DNA from: Candidatus Altarchaeum sp. | Lineage (GTDB): Archaea > Altiarchaeota > Altiarchaeia > Altiarchaeales > Altiarchaeaceae | Assembly (NCBI GenBank): GCA_018260615.1 | Contig: JAGWDQ010000020.1 | Location: 1 to 13,368, forward strand | Direction of reading: 5' to 3' | Length of the DNA: 13,368 nucleotides | Shown here: piece by piece, positions 1 to 6,567 of the stretch | Numbering within the stretch: position 1 is the first letter of the stretch | Layout: every line of letters starts with the position of its first letter | The notes under the pieces: model-generated | The model's input: only the letters and a program-made list of their open reading frames with translations | Told to the model about the DNA's origin: nothing | Databases searched by the model: none | Made by a program: the position numbers and the translations under genes

Positions 1-21
1 TAATTATAAATTAACATTTAT

Positions 22-636
22 TTAAAAAACGCAATTTATGTGGTTGGGCAGTATAAAATACAATCCCAAAAACAGGAATACCAAAAAGCAAACCCCCACA
101 ACTGCATTTGTAGTAAAAAATGCCTTTTGTATTGCTGCTTCCGAAACATCAGAATAACAAATTTTATGCTCGTAAATTAAGAGCAATGCAATTATCGCTA
201 TTCCTAAACCAAACATAAATGCCGATGAAAATAACGACTGAAATAGCACATAAAACAATATTAAAATTCCTATGCTGACAAGATGAAACAGCAAACTTAT
301 TCTTAAAGCGTTCCTGACACCAAATTTTGCCGGAACCGAATATAAATTTTGCTCTCTATCAAATTTAACATCCTGAATTGCATAAATTATATCAAAGCCG
401 GCAACCCAGAACATAACAAAAAAGCAGAGTATTAACGGATAAATTAAATTTTCAAAATTTCCCGTAATTGCCAAATATCCTCCGCCGACACCAATTCCCA
501 AAGTTAATCCCAGAAACAAATGCGAAAAGTAAGTGTGCCTTTTAAGATAAGGATAAATTATAAACAGAAGCACAGGAACAGGGGCGAGAATAAAGCAGAG
601 GAAATTTAAAAAATAAGCGGAAGCAAAGAATAATAA
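22..636 (-). pseudogene. 5'-truncated duplicate of the UbiA/MqnP-like prenyltransferase (codons 99-283 plus an alternative C-terminus)
   Basis: 82-636 is base-identical to 2302-2856. The frame lacks the first 98 codons and has an in-frame TAA two codons upstream of 636. It ends ...VCFLVFLFLGLYFILPNHINCVF*, whereas the intact copy ends ...VCFLLALILGLFL*. Confidence 0.9.
82..636. repeat. 555-bp perfect direct repeat, copy 1 (partner 2302-2856)
   Basis: Line-by-line comparison found no mismatch. Identity breaks at 81/2301 (c/g) and 637/2857 (a/g). Offset is 2220 bp. Confidence 0.97.
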
Positions 637-703
637 ATCTATTTATTGATAAACTCATAATTGTTGATAAAGTTTTACTTTTTTAATTACATAAAAAGAC
701 AGA

Positions 704-1996
704 ATGACTGCTGAAATAGCAATAATGAATAAAGAAGGAATAGCGATTGCAGCCGATAGCGCAGTTACAATGACTGTAAGGGATGAACAGAAAATATTTA
801 CCTCTGCAAATAAACTTTTTTCTTTATCAAATCACTCTCCCGTAGGCATAATGGTTTATGGAAATGCTATTTTTATGGGTGTTCCATGGGAAACGATAAT
901 TAAAATTTATAGAAGCATGTTAGAAAAAAAGAAATTTGATACCTTGAAAGAATATGCAGATAATTTTATAGCATTTTTGGATAAGGGGAATAAATTGTTT
1001 CCCGATTCTGTGCAAGAGAAATATTTAAAGAGTTCTGTTTATGGTTATTTTGCTTATGTTAGAAAAGAAATAAATGATAAGGTATATTTGAAAATCGCCG
1101 AAGAAAAGAAAATTACTGATGAAACAACCGAGCAGATAATATCTGAAATAATAAAAAAGCACTATGAAGATTGGGAAAAAACAGATAACATCCCATCAAT
1201 TCCAAAAAGTTATAATGAAGAGGTAGTAAATAAATATAGTGAAATCATTGACAAAGCAATAAAGGAAGTTTTTGAAAAGTTGCCCATATCAAAAAGTCAT
1301 ATAAATCAATTAAAGAAAATTGTAAGCTATTTATTTTCAAAATTTCCGGAAGGTGTTCAAAAAGGAGATATTTCCGGAGTCGTAATTGCCGGTTTTGGAG
1401 AGAAAGAAATTTTTCCTTCACTTGTGTCATTTATTATTGATGGGGTAGTTAATAATAGGTTGAAATATAAAACCCACATAACTCAAAAAATTAACTTTGA
1501 AATAGATGCTTCGGTTGTTCCTTTTGCTCAAAGTGAGATGGTTCACACATTTATGGAAGGTATTAATCCTAATTTCCAGAATAAAATGGATGGCTACTTA
1601 TCAGAAATATTTGATAAGTATCCTGAAATTATTGTTCGCAGCATAACAAAATATGATGATAATGAAAAGAATCAACTCAAAGAGGAGATGAAACAAGAGA
1701 GTAATAAGATATTCAAAAGTTATCAGGAACATATGCAAATAGTCAGACGGCAGGATAATGTAGATCCTATTATAAAAGTTGTTTCAATGCTTCCGAAAGA
1801 TGAACTTGCAGCAATGGCGGAATCGCTTGTAAATTTAACTTCTTTCAAACGAAAAGTTACAATGGAAATGGAAACGGTTGGCGGCCCAATTGATGTTGCG
1901 ATAATCTCCAAAGGTGATGGTTTTGTATGGATTAAAAGAAAACATTATTTTAGTCCCGAATTAAATCCGCAATTTTTATCAAAATATTATAAATAA
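704..1996 (+). CDS. Ntn-hydrolase (proteasome beta/HslV-like fold) protein with large insertions, 430 aa
   Basis: After Met removal the N-terminus TAEIAIMNKEGIAIAADSAVTM...NKLFSL aligns with proteasome beta TTTVGITLKDAVIMATERRVTM...KKLFQI (Thr1, acidic residue 17, Lys33 equivalent). C-terminal GGPIDVAIISKGDG matches beta-subunit GGMIDVAVITRKDG. Alignment was by eye, with no database search. Confidence 0.7.
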   Translation: MTAEIAIMNKEGIAIAADSAVTMTVRDEQKIFTSANKLFSLSNHSPVGIMVYGNAIFMGVPWETIIKIYRSMLEKKKFDTLKEYADNFIAFLDKGNKLFPDSVQEKYLKSSVYGYFAYVRKEINDKVYLKIAEEKKITDETTEQIISEIIKKHYEDWEKTDNIPSIPKSYNEEVVNKYSEIIDKAIKEVFEKLPISKSHINQLKKIVSYLFSKFPEGVQKGDISGVVIAGFGEKEIFPSLVSFIIDGVVNNRLKYKTHITQKINFEIDASVVPFAQSEMVHTFMEGINPNFQNKMDGYLSEIFDKYPEIIVRSITKYDDNEKNQLKEEMKQESNKIFKSYQEHMQIVRRQDNVDPIIKVVSMLPKDELAAMAESLVNLTSFKRKVTMEMETVGGPIDVAIISKGDGFVWIKRKHYFSPELNPQFLSKYYK

Positions 1997-2003
1997 TCAC
2001 AAA

Positions 2004-2183
2004 ATGAAAAAAAATAAAAATAAAAAAGAGACATATGTATCAATGATTGAATTTGAGAAGAAATTTTTTCCAAAGTCCTTTGAAAAAAGAATGAAGGAGA
2101 GAATTACGGATGCCCGAGCCATAGGAATTAACTCGGCAAAAGAATCTTTAGACAAAATCAGAGAACATTTAGCAGAGAGCTAA
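2004..2183 (+). CDS. Small basic hypothetical protein, 59 aa (not in the ORF track)
   Basis: ATG lies 7 nt after the stop of the upstream gene. The frame is open: MKKNKNKKETYVSMIEFEKKFFPKSFEKRMKERITDARAIGINSAKESLDKIREHLAES*. Confidence 0.65.
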   Translation: MKKNKNKKETYVSMIEFEKKFFPKSFEKRMKERITDARAIGINSAKESLDKIREHLAES

Positions 2184-2189
2184 ACTTTG

Positions 2190-2252
2190 TCTGACTCAGC
2201 AGATGCGCTATGGCTTTCAGCACTTATCCTTCGGGACATTTGCCTTTGGCAA
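2190..2252. other. Cluster of short GC-rich hairpins between convergent genes (possible terminator or REP-like relic)
   Basis: gct[ttc]agc at 2213-2221, tcc[ttcg]gga at 2227-2236 and ttgcc[ttt]ggcaa at 2240-2252. The region is more GC-rich than its flanks. Confidence 0.4.
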
Positions 2253-2271
2253 CTTTAAAGAAATAATTAAA

Positions 2272-3150
2272 TCAAAGGAATAACCCTAAAATTAAAGCCA
2301 GCAAAAAGCAAACCCCCACAACTGCATTTGTAGTAAAAAATGCCTTTTGTATTGCTGCTTCCGAAACATCAGAATAACAAATTTTATGCTCGTAAATTAA
2401 GAGCAATGCAATTATCGCTATTCCTAAACCAAACATAAATGCCGATGAAAATAACGACTGAAATAGCACATAAAACAATATTAAAATTCCTATGCTGACA
2501 AGATGAAACAGCAAACTTATTCTTAAAGCGTTCCTGACACCAAATTTTGCCGGAACCGAATATAAATTTTGCTCTCTATCAAATTTAACATCCTGAATTG
2601 CATAAATTATATCAAAGCCGGCAACCCAGAACATAACAAAAAAGCAGAGTATTAACGGATAAATTAAATTTTCAAAATTTCCCGTAATTGCCAAATATCC
2701 TCCGCCGACACCAATTCCCAAAGTTAATCCCAGAAACAAATGCGAAAAGTAAGTGTGCCTTTTAAGATAAGGATAAATTATAAACAGAAGCACAGGAACA
2801 GGGGCGAGAATAAAGCAGAGGAAATTTAAAAAATAAGCGGAAGCAAAGAATAATAAGCCCGAAATAATTGCAAATGTCCAGGCTTCCTCCACCTTTATTA
2901 TTCCCGAAGGAATGTGCCTGTCTGCCGTTCTTAAATTTAATGCATCAATATTTGCGTCAATAATGCGGTTTAATGCCATTGCCGTGCTTCTTGCCGAAAT
3001 TGCCGCAATTGTGAGCAGGATAAATTTTAATGCATCAAAATCAAAATTTTCTGCTCTCATCGCAATGAGCATTCCCGCATAAATGAAAGGCAAAGCAAAA
3101 ATGCTGTGTTCAAATCGGACAAAATTCAGGAAGTCCTTTGTTGTTGCCAT
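2272..3150 (-). CDS. ubiA: UbiA-family prenyltransferase (MqnP/4-hydroxybenzoate polyprenyltransferase-like), 292 aa
   Basis: Motifs FEHSIFALPF, AMALNRIIDANIDALNLRTADRHIPSG (Asp-rich NxxxDxxxD), YPYLKR and GFDIIYAIQDVKFD, plus multiple transmembrane segments. Confidence 0.92.
   Translation of the reverse strand: MATTKDFLNFVRFEHSIFALPFIYAGMLIAMRAENFDFDALKFILLTIAAISARSTAMALNRIIDANIDALNLRTADRHIPSGIIKVEEAWTFAIISGLLFFASAYFLNFLCFILAPVPVLLFIIYPYLKRHTYFSHLFLGLTLGIGVGGGYLAITGNFENLIYPLILCFFVMFWVAGFDIIYAIQDVKFDREQNLYSVPAKFGVRNALRISLLFHLVSIGILILFYVLFQSLFSSAFMFGLGIAIIALLLIYEHKICYSDVSEAAIQKAFFTTNAVVGVCFLLALILGLFL
2302..2856. repeat. 555-bp perfect direct repeat, copy 2 (inside the intact ubiA)
   Basis: Identical to 82-636. 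Confidence 0.97.
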
Positions 3151-3337
3151 ATAAAATTAAATACAAATTTAGTTTATTTCATTAAAAATTTATCAGCCAC
3201 CATAAAATTTCCAAATAAGCAATCATTTCCAAACGAGAATATATGAAATTTCCATTCAAATTTTACGAACCTTAAATCTTAAAAAACGACTATATTTTTA
3301 CATCTGAATTTACTTTCCCGGTTAAAGCAAACACATA

Positions 3338-4453
3338 CTAAATTTCATCAATTTCCTTTAAAATTTCCCTTATTCCCAAAAGATCAAATCTCGTCTGTGG
3401 TTTTATTATTTTTTCTCTCGTATCAACAAACAATATGTTTTTTGAAACTAAATAACACAGTTCGGGAGTTATCACGGAATATTTATAAAAGTCGTTCCCG
3501 GAAAAATTTTTCAATATCTTTGTTGTGCCTTCATAATTAACAGCAATGTCATTCTCCTGGTATTTTATCGTTACACCAATTGTCTTAATATAGTATAACA
3601 GTTGTGCGATTTCTTCCTTTGAATTGGCAAGACCTTTTTCCACATAGTCATTTATATTTCTTCTAATTTTCTTCTCATCAATCATTGCTGTAAGTAATGC
3701 CGGTTTTCCACCTGCATAGTCCTTTGCCAGTTTTATCTCTTCTTCTGTAAATCCATATTTTTCCAAAAATTTTCCTGCTGTTTCTTCATCAAAATCATCA
3801 ACTAACAGGTATCTGCATCTGTTTTTGAGTATTGCTTCATTATAAACCCTTTCAATAAATAACGAATCGGAAGATAAAGCAAAAACATGGCAAATATGCA
3901 ATTCTTTTGTTAAGCCAATGAAGAAGTTAAACAATTTATAAATCAGTTTTCCATTAATCTCAAGATCGCCAATCATCTGTAATTCATCAATTACCAAAAC
4001 AGGCGTTTTGTGTTTTGCAATGTTTTTAAAATATTCTACAAGATAGTTAAACACATCTTCATTACTTTTTTCTTTGAAAAATGTTTCAAGCAAACTCTTA
4101 TCCACAGGAATTCCATGGGATTTATATAATGTCTTTTCTCCTGTGGAAGTGATATGTTTTAAGACCTTTGTAAAAATATTTTTGATTTTTTTTAAGAATC
4201 CTCCTTCTTCAATTGCGAATAAAACCCTGATAAAATCCTCATATCTTATAATTGATTTTCTCCTTAAATTCACATAAAAAACAACATAATCATCAGGTAA
4301 ATTTTCAATCAGATTTGTAATCAGCGTTGTCTTTCCGCTGTTTATCGGGCCGTAAATAAAATTGAGCAGTTGCGGTTCTGACTCTAAAATTTGCATGATT
4401 TCCCATCTTTCCTTTTCCCTGTCAAAAAATTCAATTTTCCTTATATTTGCCAT
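3338..4453 (-). CDS. Archaeal P-loop ATPase (ATPase_2 / MJ-type AAA family), 371 aa
   Basis: N-terminal FFDREKE, Walker A YGPINSGKTT and Walker B VLVIDELQ. The length and layout are typical of this multicopy archaeal family. Confidence 0.9.
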   Translation of the reverse strand: MANIRKIEFFDREKERWEIMQILESEPQLLNFIYGPINSGKTTLITNLIENLPDDYVVFYVNLRRKSIIRYEDFIRVLFAIEEGGFLKKIKNIFTKVLKHITSTGEKTLYKSHGIPVDKSLLETFFKEKSNEDVFNYLVEYFKNIAKHKTPVLVIDELQMIGDLEINGKLIYKLFNFFIGLTKELHICHVFALSSDSLFIERVYNEAILKNRCRYLLVDDFDEETAGKFLEKYGFTEEEIKLAKDYAGGKPALLTAMIDEKKIRRNINDYVEKGLANSKEEIAQLLYYIKTIGVTIKYQENDIAVNYEGTTKILKNFSGNDFYKYSVITPELCYLVSKNILFVDTREKIIKPQTRFDLLGIREILKEIDEI

Positions 4454-4621
4454 TTTTAATGAATAAAAAGAATTGGTATAAATTTATAAAATCAAATGTT
4501 GCTCATTTTGACTTTTATTATTAATTTTGTTTGATAATAAATATATTTTGGATGTATTTTAAATTAAATATAAAACAATATAAAATATTATGTGCCATTT
4601 ATAAAAATAGAGATGTTAATT

Positions 4622-4640
4622 TTTGACAGGAAGTGTCAAA
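4622..4640. promoter_or_regulatory. Inverted repeat TTTGACA-ggaag-TGTCAAA (possible operator or element end)
   Basis: Perfect 7-bp inverted repeat with a 5-nt spacer, upstream of the ATPase. Function is inferred only. Confidence 0.3.
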
Positions 4641-4672
4641 CCCATGATTTCGTTGTTCGGAAAAATTTTCGT

Positions 4673-4783
4673 TTAAATATTTATTGGATGCGGATTAAAT
4701 TTTAAAATGTTCAGAATTTCCTCTTTTTCCTTTTCTCTGTCAAAAAATTCTATATCGTATTCAAATTTTTTAGTTGTATTCAT
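4673..4783 (-). pseudogene. 36-codon N-terminal remnant of a paralogous archaeal ATPase
   Basis: Translates as MNTTKKFEYDIEFFDREKEKEEILNILKFNPHPINI*. This aligns with IEFFDREKERWEIMQILESEPQLLNFI of the 3338-4453 protein and stops just before Walker A. Confidence 0.8.
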
Positions 4784-4995
4784 TTTAAAAACTTGTTTTT
4801 AAATACTGAAAATCTGCAAGATTTTCAATCTGCTAAAAATATTTGAATATTTTTGGTAATGTCCGAACGAAGTGAGGTCATTTCATCTTTAGCAATAACT
4901 TCATTGCAGCAATCAATAAATTTTTCATTTTTCTGTTGTTTTAAAAATTTGTTTTTGAAACATAAATTTATAATACAAAACTCAAATTTACAACA

Positions 4996-5079
4996 AATGG
5001 ATGCCCTTAAAATTGACTCTGATGAGTGGAAAAATCTGGAAAATGTCCTGGAAGAAATGATACCTCACTATGACAATAT
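4996..5079 (+). repeat. 84-bp perfect direct repeat, copy 1 (first 27-28 codons of ubiE/menG; partner 5160-5243)
   Basis: aATGGATGCCCTT...TGACAATAT is identical at 4996-5079 and 5160-5243, offset 164 bp. Confidence 0.96.
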
Positions 5080-5089
5080 GGAAATGAAC

Positions 5090-5114
5090 TTTTCTCTTTT
5101 AAAAAAAGAGAAAA
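5090..5114. other. Perfect 11-bp inverted repeat in the spacer between the 84-bp copies
   Basis: ttttctctttt-aaa-aaaagagaaaa. Confidence 0.6.
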
Positions 5115-5159
5115 CACTCCGAAAAGAGAAAAAAGTAAAAAGGTAAATTAATAAATCAC

Positions 5160-5243
5160 AATGGATGCCCTTAAAATTGACTCTGATGAGTGGAAAAATC
5201 TGGAAAATGTCCTGGAAGAAATGATACCTCACTATGACAATAT
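5160..5243 (+). repeat. 84-bp perfect direct repeat, copy 2
   Basis: Identical to 4996-5079. Confidence 0.96.
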
Positions 5244-5850
5244 AAATTCAAGAATGACTTTCGGAATGGACAAAAAATGGAGAAAAATTTTAATAAATGA
5301 AAGTTGTAATAAGGAAGTTGCGGTTGAAATCGGTTCGGGGCCCGGAACATTGGCAATGATGCTTAAATCAGAAAAAATTTTTTGCGTTGACCCGAGTGCC
5401 CAAATGCATAAAATTGCAAGAGAGCGACTTAAACAGGCAAAAATTTCTCCGGAAAAATTTGAATTTATAACCGCTCCGGCTGAAAAAATTCCGGTAAGCA
5501 ATAATGTTGCCGATTTTGTGTGCTGTGCATTTGCATTCAGGGATTTTTACGATAAAAAGAAGGCATTAACGGAAATTTACAGAATACTGAAAAACAACGG
5601 AAAATTTATGATTTTGGATATTGCAAAGCACAATAATATTTACGGAACACTGATATACAATTACATAAAACACATTGCTCCGGTAATTACGGGTTCTGAT
5701 GCTCCGAAAATGTTAGCAAAGACATATAATGCCTTCGGAACGCCTGAATATTATGCAGATATTATGAAAGAAACAGGATTTAAAAATGTCCAAATCAGGT
5801 TTTTAAATTTCAGAACGATATTTGTATTGAGTGCTGAAAAACGAATTTAA
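5161..5850 (+). CDS. ubiE: UbiE/MenG-family SAM-dependent (demethylmenaquinone) methyltransferase, 229 aa
   Basis: YDNINSRMTFGMDKKWRK, SAM motif I VEIGSGPG, CAFAFRDF and RILKNNGKFMILD match the UbiE/MenG pattern. Confidence 0.82.
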   Translation: MDALKIDSDEWKNLENVLEEMIPHYDNINSRMTFGMDKKWRKILINESCNKEVAVEIGSGPGTLAMMLKSEKIFCVDPSAQMHKIARERLKQAKISPEKFEFITAPAEKIPVSNNVADFVCCAFAFRDFYDKKKALTEIYRILKNNGKFMILDIAKHNNIYGTLIYNYIKHIAPVITGSDAPKMLAKTYNAFGTPEYYADIMKETGFKNVQIRFLNFRTIFVLSAEKRI

Positions 5851-5851
5851 A

Positions 5852-5911
5852 TTTCAACACTTTTGCGAATTTTTTCAACACTTTTGTAAAATTTTGTAAA
5901 ATTTTCAACAC
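5852..5911. repeat. Short direct-repeat array (tttcaacac x3, ttttgtaaaa x2)
   Basis: tttcaacac at 5852, 5873 and 5903; an inverted tgttgaa near 5986. Confidence 0.7.
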
Positions 5912-6035
5912 CGCTGCTTTGGATTTTGGAGTTTGATGTTAGCAAACGAATAAAATTTATTAATTTATTTTAATGTGTGCATAATTGTTGAACATAATTG
6001 AATTTATTTAATAAAAATATAAATTATCAACCTAA

Positions 6036-6043
6036 TTTATTAA
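6036..6043 (+). promoter_or_regulatory. Candidate archaeal TATA box for the redox cluster
   Basis: TTTATTAA about 37-44 nt upstream of the ferredoxin ATG. The AT-rich context makes this weak. Confidence 0.3.
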
Positions 6044-6079
6044 ACCAAAATTAAAAACAAATAAAAGCGAAAAAACAAA

Positions 6080-6301
6080 ATGGTGAAAGTAGAGATAAAC
6101 CACAATAGGTGCGGAGGAGCAGGAGAATGTATTGATATTTGCCCGAATGGTGTATGGGTATGGGAAAAGATAAAAGTTAAAACATTAGGAATGTTTAACA
6201 GCGAAAGGGAAATGCCGGTTCCGAAATATCAGGAAAAATGTACAGGATGCATGAAATGTTATGATATTTGCCCGACAAAATGCATTAAAATAACCAAATA
6301 A
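6080..6301 (+). CDS. Dicluster ferredoxin, 73 aa (first motif CxxAxxCxxxCP, second CxxCxxCxxxCP)
   Basis: CGGAGECIDICP and CTGCMKCYDICP. Confidence 0.92.
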   Translation: MVKVEINHNRCGGAGECIDICPNGVWVWEKIKVKTLGMFNSEREMPVPKYQEKCTGCMKCYDICPTKCIKITK

Positions 6302-6323
6302 ATAAAATAAATATATAAGTAAA

Positions 6324-6566
6324 ATGAAAGAAGATACAAAAAAGACGGACACAAAAAAGACAAAGACCAATACAAAGAAAACAGATGTAAAAAAGATAAA
6401 ATGTTACACCTGCGGAAAGGAAATGAATGAAAACGAAGCAATTTCATACACAGTCCCAAGCTGCTGCGGAGTGGATGAAATTAAGGTCTGTAAAAAATGT
6501 TCCGAAGAATTAATAAAACAGGGAGAAAATGAAGACCACGGATGCAACTGCGACTGCTGCAGATAA
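6324..6566 (+). CDS. Small Cys-rich putative metal-binding protein, 80 aa
   Basis: Lys/Thr low-complexity N-terminus, then CYTC...SCC...CKKC and a C-terminal CNCDCC. It is tightly packed in the operon. Confidence 0.75.
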   Translation: MKEDTKKTDTKKTKTNTKKTDVKKIKCYTCGKEMNENEAISYTVPSCCGVDEIKVCKKCSEELIKQGENEDHGCNCDCCR

Positions 6567-6567
6567 T

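Noticed and set aside
22-573. 183-aa ORF as an independent intact gene
   Set aside because: It is an internal fragment of the duplicated ubiA. It lacks the first Asp-rich motif, and its start is an internal alternative codon.
2180-2260. Integron attC site making the Ntn gene a cassette
   Set aside because: I could not find matching RYYYAAC/GTTRRRY boxes or a long imperfect stem, and no integrase is present. It is kept only as a hairpin cluster.
637-2301. Insertion sequence or prophage between the 555-bp repeats
   Set aside because: No transposase, integrase or terminal inverted repeats are present, and the repeats are far longer than a target-site duplication.
3151-3337. Possible small minus-strand ORF between the ATPase and ubiA
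   Set aside because: The open stretch of about 30 codons has no convincing start or motif.
4853-5146. 97-aa ORF from the track
   Set aside because: It is a chimera of non-coding sequence, the duplicated ubiE start and the spacer, and is not a credible protein.
4996-5243. DGR template/variable repeat pair
   Set aside because: The copies are identical with no adenine-specific mismatches, and no reverse transcriptase is in the window.
5852-5911. CRISPR array
   Set aside because: The repeats are only 9-15 bp with 12-21 nt low-complexity spacers, and there are no cas genes.
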